A stretch of 62,543 bases of DNA, the filler included, from Chiloscyllium plagiosum (lineage: Eukaryota), in NCBI RefSeq assembly GCF_004010195.1. It is 3 parts of one record of this genome, joined end to end, with 100 filler letters (N's around TTAATTAATTAA, not from the genome) between each part and the next. Parts side by side here need not be neighbours in the genome. Positions count along the whole stretch, not along the records: positions 1 to 31,808 come from NC_057710.1; 2 more parts are not named here. One strand, 5' to 3'. Below, in pieces: positions 1 through 13,383 of this stretch; position 1 is the first letter of the stretch, and each line of letters opens with the position of its first letter. The translations under genes were made by a program, and so were the position numbers. The notes beneath the pieces were generated by a model. It was given only the letters and a program-made list of their open reading frames with translations. It was not told the DNA's origin and searched no databases.

Positions 1-272
1 GGACTCAGCACCGCCTTCTTGACCTGCAATTTTCTTCCCGACCTCTCCACCCCCACCCACTCTTCGGCCTATCACCCTCACCTTGACCTCCTTCCACCTA
101 TCGCATTCCCAACGCCCCTCCCCCAAGTCCCTCCTCCCTACCCTTTATCTTAGCCTGCTTGGCACACCTTCCTCATTCCTGAAGAAGGCCTTATGCCCGA
201 AACGTCGATTCTCTTGCTCCTTCTATGCTGCCTGACCTGTTGCGCTTTTCCAGCAACACATTTTTTAATCTC
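1..272 (+). mobile_element. Penelope-like element 3'/pLTR fragment
   Basis: Same pyrimidine-rich spacer and terminal motif (...GAAACGTCGATTCTC...GCTGCCTGACCTG..GCGCTTTTCCAGCAACACA) as the coding PLE at 35808-37865. Confidence 0.85.
175..210 (+). ncRNA. Minimal hammerhead ribozyme motif (family A, one stem II mismatch)
   Basis: attc CTGAAGA A GGCC TTAT GCCC GAAA C GTC gatt. Confidence 0.6.
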
Positions 273-329
273 TGTAACAGCCTTGTGCGGTGGATTAAGG
301 GAACAACACATGGAGTAGGGGCAGCAGTG

Positions 330-2670
330 TATCACTGTAACAGCCTTTCTGTCCTACTCCAGGCTGTTTCTCCTGCATTGGGAGAAAGGGAGGGTGGGAG
401 GGAGAGTGGCAGTAGGTGATCCTGCCCTTAGTGCCAGTGTATGATATCAAGAGAAGAGTAAGGGAAATCGGTATTCAGTATTCCTTATGGTTCCCAGCGG
501 TGCTCTGTATTGCTTTGAATGGATCCGTGAACTCGTTTGACTCTCCAGAGAAAGCAAAAACTTTGTGTATATTTTAAAGTAAGCTGGATGTTTAGACAAT
601 CATGTTTCTCTCTTAAAGAAATTTTCTTGGATTTTTCTGGTAGTAACCAGTGTTTAATTATAGTCAGGGATGGGTAGAGTACTCAATTTTAACTTCTTCA
701 TTAATATTACTCTCATTTTCTCTTTCTTTGTTAAGTGCCCACCGACAGTTCAAGCCGGATTTTTGTTGTTAATTGCCCTGGATGCCATATTGGTAGCGGG
801 CAGAAGATAAAGTTTTGTGATATGTAAGCGTCCCCAGTGGGCAGGGGTGGTGTGGCGGTAAATTACCCTATCAAGTGTCATTGGCACTTTGGTCTTTGTT
901 TCATTCTTTGGTTTTTTTATGTGTTTAGCTTTGGAAAGTTTTGAGAGCTGGTTATGTCTAGTAGTTTTAGTTTGTACAGTTTTTAGGCTCTATGAGTCTT
1001 TTTTCATTAATGATCAGCGATGTGTAATTCGATGTGAAACTCGAGAGTTGAAATGTTGCTACAGTGTGTTATAGATAATGATGTGCTTAAATGGTGTACC
1101 TAGAACATTAAGGGGAGCTATCTGCAAGTCAAGAGGAAAAATATACTTTCTAGTCTTAAAAAGGAGAGGGTGAATGTTGTCCTATTGCAGGAGATGCACC
1201 TTGATGACAAGGATCATTTGACGTTACAGCAGGGCGGGTTTGATCGGGTTTATTTCTCGTCTTTTAATACTAGGAGTAGGGGAGAAGCCATACTGGATAG
1301 GAAGAGTCTTCCATTTAAATTACTAGATTGTATTAGACACTCACGGGAGGATCATAATCCCTAAAATCTTGAACTATGGGAAATAATACAGTATTTGGAA
1401 TGTTTATTGCCCCTCAGCACACCCTCTTAAAATCCTGGTAATTGCACTTGCCAAATTAAGTTATCTTGCATCGTGGCACATTACTGTAGAAGGAGATTTC
1501 AACTGTCTTATGGACCTCACGATGGGCAGAATGTTCAAACGTCCCCCAATACCCCCGTTATAATGTAAGCAATTAGTGGATGTGTGTGCAGAACTAGATG
1601 TCTGGAATCATATCTACCTCACAAGTTGGGATTTTATTTTCTTCTTTAACCCGCAGAAATGGCACACGAGGGTTTATCTCTTCCCCATCCCTGCAACAAT
1701 CTTAGATTCGGTGGCATCCTGTACAGTTGGGAATATTACCCCAACATACCTGCCCCAGAAGTGGGATAGATGTCACATAAGATTATGTTGGATACAGGTG
1801 AGGGTCTTATGTTTTTGTCAAATCTCACAATTTCAGCAGCTCACGTGATGCAATGCATTAATTCGCTTGTCACCTTTTCGGGAAATAAAATTAATTTTAC
1901 AACGTTCGAGGCCATGCCTATGGGAGGCCTTAGGGAAATACCTGATGTTGACGGCAAATCTTGGTTTCCTTTTAAATGATCACGGAGGGTGAGGATTCTC
2001 TATCAAGGGAGGGGGCGGGGGGGGGGGGGGGTTCTCTATTTTGGTACATCCATTACATCCGGCTTTGATAATTTATTTAACATGAACTATGTCCATGTGT
2101 TTAACAAAATTAAACAAGACCTTCAAAGATGAGAGGCACTTCCAATATCCTGGCTAGGTCGGATAGCTCTTATTAAATGAATGCCCTTCCTCATTTGCTG
2201 TACCCTGTGTGAATGCTTCCTTTGATGTTTCCCACATAAGTATTTAGGAGACATAATGGCTGGTTTAGCTTTTTTATTTGGCAGCATAAGCAACTCTTTA
2301 TCAAGCTAACCAAATTGCAACTACCCCACAGATTGTGGGGAGTAGATCTCCCAGATTAAAAGCTATCAATTAAGCTCTTTTTATCCTACATCAGTGCTTG
2401 GGCAGCGTCAATACGGTAGATATTAAAACCTCTCAGACAAAGTGAACCCTTGTTGTTCTTAGACAAAATGACAACATTTATGGAGTATTGTCATAACCCA
2501 ATCATTATTATTACTGTTAAAGCATGAATGACAATGCGTCAGATTGAGGGCAATACAGCCAAAATCATGTTTCTTACCCCTGTAATTGGTACACTGGGTT
2601 GTCATCCGGGGATAATGGATTCCAGGTTTAAACTGTGGGCAGCAAGGAGTGTGCCTTGCTTGAGTGATTT
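330..2670 (+). mobile_element. Decayed, internally deleted LINE-1 (L1 clade)
   Basis: ORF1 C-terminal remnant (FPAVL...FDSPEKAK), APE endonuclease (NVVLLQEMHL...YFSSFNTRSRG..IL) and RT C-terminal remnants (FSGNKIN; LPISWLGRIALIK), with many stops and frameshifts. Confidence 0.85.
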
Positions 2671-2699
2671 AGAATTAGTAGAATCCCTAAAGTGTGGGT

Positions 2700-2976
2700 A
2701 CAAGCACTTGGGCCCAGCAAGTCCACTTCGACCTTCTAAAGAGTAACCCACCCAGACCCATTCCCCCACCATCCTATATTTACCCTGACTAATGCCCAAA
2801 CCTACACATCCCTGGACACTATGGGTGATTTATCAATGACCAATTCATCTAACATGCGCATCTTTGTACTGTGGGAGGAAACCCACACAGACACGGCGAG
2901 AATATGTTAACTCCACACAGCCAGTCACCCAAGGCCAGAACAAAAGCCGAGACTCTGGTGCTGTGAGGCAGCAATG
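2700..2976 (-). mobile_element. HE1-type tRNA-derived SINE, cut by a gap
   Basis: Similar to the copies at 13041-13383 and 54472-54774. Confidence 0.85.
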
Positions 2977-3476
2977 NNNNNNNNNNNNNNNNNNNNNNNN
3001 NNNNNNNNNNNNNNNNNNNNNNNNNNNNNNNNNNNNNNNNNNNNNNNNNNNNNNNNNNNNNNNNNNNNNNNNNNNNNNNNNNNNNNNNNNNNNNNNNNNN
3101 NNNNNNNNNNNNNNNNNNNNNNNNNNNNNNNNNNNNNNNNNNNNNNNNNNNNNNNNNNNNNNNNNNNNNNNNNNNNNNNNNNNNNNNNNNNNNNNNNNNN
3201 NNNNNNNNNNNNNNNNNNNNNNNNNNNNNNNNNNNNNNNNNNNNNNNNNNNNNNNNNNNNNNNNNNNNNNNNNNNNNNNNNNNNNNNNNNNNNNNNNNNN
3301 NNNNNNNNNNNNNNNNNNNNNNNNNNNNNNNNNNNNNNNNNNNNNNNNNNNNNNNNNNNNNNNNNNNNNNNNNNNNNNNNNNNNNNNNNNNNNNNNNNNN
3401 NNNNNNNNNNNNNNNNNNNNNNNNNNNNNNNNNNNNNNNNNNNNNNNNNNNNNNNNNNNNNNNNNNNNNNNNNNNN
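2977..3476. other. Assembly gap (500 N)
   Basis: N-run. Confidence 1.
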
Positions 3477-4714
3477 ATATGCAAGTAGATAGGATAGTGA
3501 GGAAGGAATTTGGTATGCTTTCCTTTATTAGTCAGAGCATTGAGTTTGGAGCTGGCTGGTCATGTTTGCAAGTGAAAAAGAAAACTTCCTTTCCATCCCA
3601 AAATCATGAGTTTCCCTTGACCTCACCTCCCACTCCACCAGCTTCCAGATGCAATGCCTCATCTTCTTCTTCATCCACCAGCTTCAACGTTATGCCATCA
3701 CCAAACACATCCCCTCCATTCCCTTTTCCATTCCCTAAAGGGAGGATTCCCTTCACATCACCTTTATCAACTCCTCAATGAGCTCCATAAGCGTTTCGTT
3801 TAGCAATTTTGCATCTTCAGTAGCTCAAGAAAGCAGCTCACCATCACAGAAGAGATCCAACATCTTGAGTTGTCAAGAGTGCAATGTTTTAACTGGGACT
3901 GAGTTAATCAAGAACTCCATTAATTTATTAAAAGCTGAACTGTAGGAAAAAGTGCTAGATTGACAACTCTGAAATTCCTGACTCCTACAATCCTTCTCAA
4001 AGATGAAAATGCAGGCATAAGTGGTTGCCATGTAAGCTGACAGCAGATATATTTAATCATTTAGCAACCTCAAGGGTGCTTCTTAGTCCCACCAGTGAGC
4101 TATAGGCTAAGCATACTCTGTTTCAATTTTGCCAAACATAGCTGCTGATGAAAGTCCTTGGCTAGCTTATGTTAAGCAAATGAGAGTTTCAGTTATTTCA
4201 TGGGTGTCAGGTAAATGTCTGAAGTGTTAATTGTACTTATCCATCCCATGTTAAGGATCCCTTCCAATGATATCAGAACCTCTAGGGAATAGTACAGGGC
4301 ACAATTATAATGCCTTATGAACTTTTGGAATTTTGGTATTTGTTGTAATGGGTTATATTAACAAGGGGTTAGAATGCACAGCAGTCAAAATTTCATCTTG
4401 TTTATAAAGTCTCTCAAGTGTATTGATTCACACCCCATGATCTTCATCCTATTTTCTTTGTGCTTTGTTTGAATCCACTAGAGAATTTCTATCAAGTGGA
4501 CATTGCTGCAATTCATTCATGTAGAAGAACATTCCCTTCAATTCAATTAATATAAAAGCGTATTTCAGCTGTGACAAAGCATGCTTAGGTTAGGATTGGA
4601 CTTGATGAGAACAACTGAAGGTTACAAGAAAAGGAAGTAACAGAAAGGTCAATTTGGTAAATGAGCCATAGCTCATTAATTTAGCAATCCTCACTATATT
4701 CTTTTTCTTTGGAC

Positions 4715-4897
4715 ACATGCAGAGTGACGCCAACAGTGTGGGTTCAATTCCTACACCGGCTGAGGGTTACCATAAAGTACTCTCCGTCTCAACCTCTCCC
4801 ATCCCCTAAGGCGTGGTGACCCTCAGGTCAAACCATCACCAATCATCTTTCCTATCGTTTGGTAAGACTATAGCGACTTTGCTTACTTACTTACTTC
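4715..4897 (+). mobile_element. tRNA-derived SINE-like fragment with (TTAC)n tail
   Basis: B-box GGTTCAATTCC at about 4741; ends in cttacttacttactt. Confidence 0.55.
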
Positions 4898-5029
4898 CCA
4901 ACATCATCATCTGAAAATAGTATAATGCGCAAAGAACAACAAGCTCATTTACATATGCCACAATTTTTCTTGTGTTTCAGAACTATTTGATATTTAGCAC
5001 AGGATGAGCAGAGCATTTCTCCAAATAAA

Positions 5030-5195
5030 CGTTGGGAAGACTGAAGCAATTATCTTCAGTTCCTAGCATACACTGTCCCCTAATCACTGATTCCATTCCC
5101 TGGCAACATCAGAGGCTGAGCCAGATCACTTCTAAGCTTGGTGTCATGTTTGATCCCAAGATGAATTTGCTCTTGCACACTTGTACAATCACCAG
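5030..5195 (+). mobile_element. L2/CR1-group RT C-terminal fragment
   Basis: GKTEAIIF and LGVMFDP motifs. Confidence 0.45.
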
Positions 5196-5399
5196 GACTT
5201 GACCAAGGACCAAAAAAGGAGCAACCATTGAACACTTTGAACCTGTTCCAAACCACTCTGTGTGACTCTGATTGGTTTGTGACATGACTTCATATACTCA
5301 CCTCTGTCCCTTGTTCCGTAAGCTTTAAATTGACAAAAATCTTTGAATCAACTTATTATTAGGCTATTAGATCATTAGGTTATATCAAAACATATTCAA

Positions 5400-6140
5400 A
5401 CCAGACAGCATTTGGGAGGACAAATAAATCAAAGGAATATCCAATAAGTGGTAAATTTATGAAAAGTGTGGAATAAGAAGGACATTGGAGTACATGTCTA
5501 CAGATTCAAGGAGCAAGATGGATAGATAAGATGATCAAGAAAGCATTCAGGATTTGCTTTATCTTTGCTTTATCACTTGAAGTTTAGAATATAAAAATAA
5601 TGATGTTCACTAGAACTGTATAAAAGTTGAATTAGACTATGGCTTAATTACTGTATACAGTTCTGCTCACATTACATGAAGAGCATGATCACACCACAAA
5701 GGGGAGAAAAGAGATTTAAAATGTGACCAAGAATGGAAATTTTAACTATGAGATATGATTGGATAGATTGGGATTGTTTTTTAATAGAACATAGGAGGCT
5801 AAGTGGAGATTGACTGAGGTCTATCAAATTATGAGGGCCCTAAATAAAGTGGAAAGGAAAGGTCAATTTTCATTTGCAGAGAGGGCAAAAAATTTATGTA
5901 GATTTATAGAAATTTATAGATGAGTTGAAGACCAAATTTTCCTTCAGAGAATGGTGGGAATCTAGAATTCACTATCTGAAAAAATGGTTGAGGCAAGAAT
6001 TCTCATTGCATTTAAAATACACTTGGACATGCAGTTATGGTGATAGAAACCACAGGGAGGTATGAACCAAGAGCTGGAATGTAAGATAAGACTTGTTAGG
6101 TCTTCCTCCTCGGGCCTAGAGGCAATTGAGTGATGGTTAC
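5400..6140 (+). mobile_element. Old CR1 LINE 3' fragment
   Basis: Degenerate similarity to the RT C-terminus/3' end of the other CR1 copies in this window. Confidence 0.7.
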
Positions 6141-6699
6141 ACATCTTTTTACATAAATCCTTTGACATTTAACTTAACAATTAATCTGGCATCAATTGTC
6201 ATTTGCAGAGAAGAGTTTGAAGCTTCATTTTGTGTGTAGAAGTTTTTGACCATGCCCTTCAGATAATTGTAAAGCTGAACATTACACGGCCCCACTGGGG
6301 GTGATTTCGATTCAGAGAGTCACAAGAAACAGGTCGGGTGTCAAACTCATCATTTTCCCAATCACTCCTGAGCTTGTTAATCCAGTATGGTTATTAACCA
6401 AATGTTGCTGCATATGGATCCGATTGGAGGAATCGTGAATTGTGTAATCATCACCTTGAAGAACAAGGGCAGCAGATACAAGGGAACACCGCCACCTGCA
6501 AGTTCGCCTTTAAGCCACTCACTATCCTGAGGTGGAAATATATTGCATTCCTTCAATATGGTTGGAACAAAGTTCTAAAATTGCCTCCCTCATGGCACTG
6601 TGCGTCTACCCACATCACATGGACTGTAATGGTTCAAGAAGGCAGCTCACTGCCACATTCACAAGGACAAATAAGGATGGGCAAGGGCCAGTCAATGCT

Positions 6700-7890
6700 A
6701 TAGACCCACACCCCATAGTAGAGCATTTAGAAACACGTACTGTAATCAAGCAGTCAGCATGTCTTCATGAAGAAGAAATCTTGCCTGAAAAATTTATTAG
6801 AGCTCTTGAGGAGGTAACAAGCAGGATAGTGAAAAGGGAACCAGTAGATGTCATATGTTTGGATTTCCAAAAGGAAATTGATAAGGTACCACACAGAAAC
6901 TCACTTAATGAGAAAAGAGCCAATGGTTTTAAAGGGAATATATTAGCAGGGAATGGAGGATTAGCTAACTTATAGAGGATAATGAGTTAAGATAAAAACA
7001 TTTTCAGGCTGGCAAGGATCAGTGCTGGGCCTAAAATTATTTGCAATATGTATTAATGACTTGGATGAAGGAAATGAATATACTGCAGATGACACAAAAT
7101 TAATTGGGAAGTCGAGTAGTGAGGTTGACACAGGAGTGTACAGGCTGTGAGTGGGCAAAACATGGCAGATGGAATACACTAATAATGGGAAAATTTTGTT
7201 ATTTGTTAATTGAGTTTTATACTTTTTCAGGAAAAATAAATCAGAATATTATTTAAATTAGTAAGATTGCAGAATGCCGCAGCACAGAGGGCTTCAGGGT
7301 CCTAATGCATGAATTACAAAAAGCTCGCATCCAAGTTCAGCAGCTAATAGGGAAGGTAAACGGCTCTGGCTTTTATTTCAAAGGAAATGGAATCGAAATA
7401 TAGGGATATCTTGCTAAAATGATACAAGGCATGAGTCTGGCTGCACCAAGAAAACTGTGAACAGTTCTCCTTATCTAAAAAAAGGTAAACTGGCAGTGAA
7501 GTCAGTCCATGGAAGGCTCACCAGGTTAATTCTAGGTATGGGGGGATTTTCTTATGAGGAGCTGAAGATGAGTAGGTTGGACATGTACTCATTGGAGTTT
7601 AAAAGAATGAGAGTGACCATATGAAAATATAAGATTCTTAGAGGATTTGGCAGGATAAATGCAAAAATGTTGTTATAAACCTAACCGTGTGGGCCAAAGG
7701 GCACAATCCCAGTGTAAGGGGTCACCTATTTAAGACAAAGATGAGGATTTTTAAAATCAGTAAGAGAATTGAGGGTTATAGGAAAATGGCAGAAAAGTGG
7801 AAGTGAGGTTTATTAGACAAGCCATGATCTTATTGAATAGTGCAGCAGACTTGATGCACCAAATTGTCTACTTCTGCTGCTACTTCTTAT
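6700..7890 (+). mobile_element. CR1 LINE RT/3' fragment
   Basis: EPVDVICLDFQKEIDKVPH; QGSVLG and ADDTK remnants. Confidence 0.85.
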
Positions 7891-8526
7891 TGTTTGCTCT
7901 GTGGGGCAGCTCTCTCCTGAGATGTTGGGAAGTAGGACTATGCAGGGTAAGCAGGGTTGTGTTTGCCATTGATGTTTCCAGTGCATAATTACATGCTAGA
8001 TATTCATGTGACTTAATTAGTTTCAAAGGCCAGTTAAGAGTCATCCAATTTTTATTTATACATACCATCACACGCTGGCAACATAAGAAAACAATGGCAG
8101 GCCCCCTTGCATTCCCCCACCCCCCCCCCCAGGACAGTAAAACAGATTAAATCATTAATTGTCAATGGTTATAATATAGTTAATTCCAGATTTTATTGAA
8201 TTCAAATTTCACTCTCTGCCATGGTGGGATTCAAACTAGTTTCTGAATTAATAGTGTCGTGATATTACCGTTAAGCAACAGCCTCATCTTATTATTGCCA
8301 TCGCCCTTCAACTATATTCAACAGGGCAATCCTGACGGCATGTAGATTTCAGACTCTTTCTGTTGCTATATTTTAGCGATACCTTTTATTGTAAAGTTTA
8401 AAAATACTCAGTTATTCATAAACAAAATAATTAATTTTATTCTCAATGACTAGAATACATAAAAATGTTGAATATAGAATATGTGTTTCAACTTTTCTAC
8501 ATGTAAAAATAATTTGCTTCTCATAC

Positions 8527-8655
8527 CATAATGATGACATCACAGTCACTGGCAATAGCATCCACCAATACCAATCACCTTTACTGGAAAACATTGCCAG
8601 TACGAAGCCAACCAAGATACCATTGTATCCATGAAGCCCTGCTGCAATATCAGAT
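8527..8655 (-). CDS. Urea transporter (SLC14 family) coding exon, 129 bp
   Basis: ttttttacag|A TCT...TTA TG|gtatga; encodes (R)[42 protein letters not shown] with UT motifs GLxGYN and GDWYWWxLLPV. Phase 2/2 fits the previous exon; 129 bp is the size I recall for the equivalent SLC14A1 exon. Confidence 0.96.
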
Positions 8656-9353
8656 CTGTAAAAAAGCAACATAATATAGTCTAATATTTGATAACACAAC
8701 ATTTAAGGGAACAATTAATCTTTTTATTGATTTTTGTTTGGAGTCACTGCAAATGGGTTATAGCACTGGTTCAGGACCATACTGTGCTGGAGGAAATTCA
8801 GCCTTCCAAAGAGTGGAATCTTATTTAATCCATCGGAGATGGTCACAAATAATAGGCGTTCTATATCTGCCGAAAATCTAATTGAATTTGTATGGAAAAC
8901 TTCAAGTTTCAATTAAAATCAAAACATTGTCACCATCCATGTTTTTAAACTTTACAGAAAATTGCTCAATGTACTTTCAATAAAATGTCAAAATAATCCA
9001 ATTAGATAAAAATTATGTTGTTTAGTATATCAAAATTCTTGACATTTGCATATGCATTCTCTCTTCCTCCTGAAGCTATACTTCCTTACTGTACACACTA
9101 GTTTTAAAAAATAGTTTAATGTCCAACAATTTGCACTTTTATAATGCCTTTACATACTGAAGTGTGACACTCTACCCTTCATGGATAATATCTGCATTCT
9201 TATACTCAAATTTTCTTGTAACAAAGACGAATATATCATTTGCTTTCTTAATTACATTTCTGAACTGTTTGCTGCACCTGTATGTTAACTTTCAATGACT
9301 CAATAGCTGGCATGGTGGATTGGCAGTTAGCACAGCTGCCTCATAGTGTCAGG

Positions 9354-9735
9354 GTCGAGAGTGCAGTGCTGGAAAAGCACAGCAGGTCAGGCAACATCCA
9401 AGAAGCAGGAGAATCGATGTTTCAAGGAAAAGCCCTTCATCAGGAATGAGGCTGTGGGCCGGGCAAGTGGTGAGATAAATGGCAGATGGGTGGGGCTGGG
9501 GGAAGGTAGCGGAGAGTGCGATAGGTAGGTGGAGATGGGGATAATGGAAAAGAGGGTGGAGCAGATAGGTGGGAAGGAAAAAGGACAGATAGGACAGGTC
9601 ATGAGAGTGGTGCCAAGTTGGAAGGTTGGAACTTGGATAGGGTGGAGGGGAAGGGGAAATGAGGAAATTGATGCCATTGGATTGGAGAGCCCTGAGACGG
9701 AAGATGAGGCGTTCTTCCTCGGGTGGTTAGAGAGT
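9354..9735 (-). mobile_element. Penelope-like element 3' fragment, adjacent to an HE1 head (9308-9353)
   Basis: gtgctggaaaagcacagcaggtcaggca... terminal motif, degenerate hammerhead and purine-rich spacer, as in 35808-36250. Confidence 0.85.
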
Positions 9736-9846
9736 GGCAACTCTAATTGAAGGTATATGGAAAATAGATTAATAGGTTAGATTCCCTACAGTATGGAAAC
9801 AGGCCCAACAAGTAGACACCAGCCTTCTGAAGAGTAATCCACTCAG

Positions 9847-10057
9847 ACCTTTCTTAAGCAGTGACACCACGTTAGCCAACCGCCAGTCTTCCAGAACCTC
9901 ACCTGTGACTATCAGTGATACAAATATCTCAGTAAGAGGCCCAGCAATCACTTCCCTAGCTTCCCACAGGGTTCTAGGGTACACCCGATCAGGTCCTTTT
10001 GCGTTTTAAAACGTCCAGAACTTCCCCCTCTATAATGTGGACATTTTTCAAGATGTC
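9847..10057 (-). mobile_element. CR1 ORF2 fragment, inverted relative to its continuation at 10751
   Basis: YPRTLWEAREVIAGPL...EDWRLANVVSLLKKG. Confidence 0.85.
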
Positions 10058-10750
10058 ACAGGAAATCATTGAGTTCATTGGCTGGTAAGGAACTATTATT
10101 TGGGATCACCTCAAATGAGAAAACTGTCAGGGATAAGGATACATCATCTGGGGTGCAGAGTGGAAGGGGAAAGATCCAGCTGTCATGGTCCATATAGGTA
10201 CTAATAATATAAGTAGAATGAAGAAAGAGGTTCTGCTGAGGCAACATGAGAAATTAGGTTCTTAATTAAAAAGCAGAACCACAAATAATAATCTCCAAAT
10301 TACTACCCAAGTCACAAACATATTGGCACAGGGTAACTAAGATTAAAGAGGTAAATACATGGCTCAAAAGATTGGTACAGGAGAAATGGGTTAGAATTCA
10401 TGGGACTTTGGCACTGATACTGTGGAAAGAGGGCACTGTTCTACTGAAAGTTTAGACGAATGAGTTGGGGAGATCTCACAGAGACTTATAAAATTCAACA
10501 GGGGTAGACAGGGTAAACGTAAGAAGGTTGTTACCGATGACCAGGGTGTCAAGATCCAAGACCATATTAAGTAGGCCGTTTAGATCTGAGAGGAGGAGAA
10601 ATTTCTTCACCCAGAGAGATTGTTGAACCTGTGGAATACTTTGCCACAGAAAACATTTGCAGCCAAAATTTTGAATGTTTCTGAGAAGGAGTAGATACAG
10701 TTCTTAGGTCTAAAGGGAACAAAAGTTATGGGGAGAAAGTAGTAACATGT

Positions 10751-12125
10751 TTAAGAAAGGTGGTAAGCACAAGCCAGTGAACGAAAGACCAATGAGCTTG
10801 ACGTCGGTAGTGGGCAAGTGGTCGGAGGGAATCCTGAGGGACAAGATGTACATGTATTTGGAAAGGCAAGGACTGATTAGGGATAGTCAACATGGCTTAA
10901 TGCGTGGGAAATCATGTCTCACAAACTTGATTGAGTTTTTTGAAGAAGTAACAAAGAGGATTGATGAGGGCAGAGCGGTAAGCGTTTGACAAGGTTCCCC
11001 ATGGGAGACTGGTTAGCAAGGTTAGATCTCATGGAATACAGGGAAAACTCACCATTTGGATACAGAACTGGCTCAAAGGTAGAAGACACAGGGTAGTGGT
11101 GGAGGGTTGTTTTTCAGACTGGAGGCCTGTGGCCAATGGAGTGCCACAAGGATCGGTGCTGGGTCCACTGCTTTTTGTCATTTATATAAATGATTTGGAT
11201 GTGAGCATAAGAGGTACAGTTAGTAAGTTTGCAGATGACACCAAAATTGGAGGTGTAGTGGACAGTGAAGAAGGTTACAATGGGATCTTGATCAGATGGG
11301 CCAATGGGCTGAGAAGTGGTAGATGGAGTTTAATTTAAATAAATGTGATGTGCTGCATTTTGGGAAAGCAAATCTTAGCAAGATGTATACACTTAATGGT
11401 AAGGTCCTAGGAAGTGTTGCTGAACAAAGAGACCTTGGAGTGCAGGTTCATCGCTCCTTGAAAGTGGAGTCACAGGTAGATAGGATAGTGAAGAAAGTGT
11501 TTGGTATGCTTTCCTTTATTGGTCAGAGTATTGAGTATAGGAATCGGGAGGTCATGTTGCGGCTGTACAGGGCATTAGTTAGGCCATTGTTGGAATATTG
11601 CATGCAATTCTGGTCTCCTTCCGAGTGGAAAGATGTTGTGAAATTTGAAAGGGTTCAGAAAAGATTTACAAGCATGTTGCCAGGGTTGGAGGATTTGAGC
11701 TATAGTGAGAGGGTGAATAGGCTAGGGTTGTATTCCCTGGAGGCTGAGGGGTGACCTTATTGAGGTTTATAAAATCATGAGGGGCATGGATAGGATAAAT
11801 AGATAAAGAATTTTCCCTGGGGTGGGGGACTCCAGAACTAGAGGGCATAGGTTTAGGGTGAGAAGGGAAAGATATAAAAGAGACCTAAGACGCAACTTAT
11901 TCACTCAGAGGGTACGTGTATGGAATGAGCTGCCAGTGGAAATGTGGAGGCTAGTACAATTGTAACATTTAAAAGGCATCTGGATGGGTATATGAATAGG
12001 AAGGGTTTGGAGGGATATGGCCAGTTGCTGGCAGGTGGGACTAGACTGGGTAGGGACATCTGGTCAGCATGAACGAATTGGACCGAAGAATCTGTTTCCA
12101 TGCTGTACATCTCTATGACTGTATG
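10751..12125 (+). mobile_element. CR1 LINE (HER1-like) RT domain and 3' end
   Basis: SQHG...[44 protein letters not shown]; tail ctctatgactgtatga. Confidence 0.95.
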
Positions 12126-13040
12126 AAAAGGGATATATATGAAAAATGTGAAGGAATGCAACCAGGTGAACTGCCTTTTGAAACAGTACCTCGGGCCAAA
12201 CCCCCTTCAGTGCTGCACTATTTTAAGTTTCTATGATGAACGGTCACCTTAAGTTTTAGCACTCCTGGGTTTCACTTCTTTTTTGATACTTTGCAGCAAT
12301 TATTACAAAGGACCAGAATGCTAAGGCAGTTCAGAAGGCAGTCTGGAGCCATCCATGTTGCTGTGGGTTTGGAATCACATGTACGCCAGACGAGATAACA
12401 GCGGCAGATTTCCTTCCTTAAAAAGTATCATTGAATTCGATGAATTTTCCCCACAATGGTCAATTCCAATTTTTCTTTTTATTGAATTCATATTCCACTA
12501 TCTGCCATGGTGGGATTCAAACCTGGGACCCCAGAACATTACCCTGGTTCCTGGATATTAGTTTAGCAATAAAATCACTGGATCATCACTTTTCCAAATC
12601 ACCATCACTTCACCGTTGCTGGATCAAAATCCTGAAACTTCCTTCATAACAGCACTGTGGATGTATCTACCCATTGTGGATTATTGTGGTTCAAGAGATT
12701 GGTTCACCACTATAATATTGGTGCTTCCTTTGGAACCAGACATTATATACCAGGTAGATAAATCTGAACAGGAACACCTCATCAATGATGCTCATACCTC
12801 TCCAGCTGGTTCAGGACTGGACCCAAGCTCTGCCCCTCCAGATCACTTGACCAGCTTTCCTAAACGGGTGGCATACTATACTACACACATACACCCACAA
12901 CTGTGTACATAGAAGAGGCAACAGCTGTGTGGTTTTATCACTGGACTGTTAATTCATAGACCCATGTAACATTCTGGAGACCTAGGTTCAAATCCCACCA
13001 TGGCAGATTGTGGAATTTGGATTCAATAGAAACCTGGATT

Positions 13041-13383
13041 TCATAGAATCTCAACAGTGCTGGAACAGGCCCTTCAGCCCAACAGGTCTACATCAACCCT
13101 CCGAAGAGTATCCCACCCAAACCCATTCCACTACCCTATTACTCTACATTTACCCCTGACTAAATGCACCTAACCTACACATCCCATAACACGATGGGCA
13201 ATTTTAGCATGGCCAATTCATTTAACCTGCAATCTTTGGATTGTGGGAGGAAACTGGAACAAACCCACGCAGACACAGGGAGAACATGCAAACTCCATAC
13301 AGACAGTAACCTGACGCTGGAATCGAACCCGGGTCCCTGGCGCTGTGAGGCAACAATGCTAACTACTGAGCCACTGTGCCGCC
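13041..13383 (-). mobile_element. HE1-type SINE, near full length
   Basis: Head GGCGGCACAGTGGCTCAGTAGTTAGC (A box) and GGTTCGATTCC (B box); CR1-like tail gattctatga. Confidence 0.92.

Noticed and set aside
2849..3781. Long ORFs of 172-305 aa
   Set aside because: They are open only because they run through the 500-N gap; the flanks are SINE and CR1 fragments.
1..8526. Remaining UT exons (WDLPVFTLPFN etc.)
   Set aside because: I found no minus-strand W-D-L-P codon pattern or matching exon; they lie beyond the window or in the gap, so this is not evidence of pseudogenisation.
13310..13383. tRNA-like A/B boxes (also 54472-54545 and about 4741)
   Set aside because: These are SINE heads continuous with SINE bodies, not tRNA genes.
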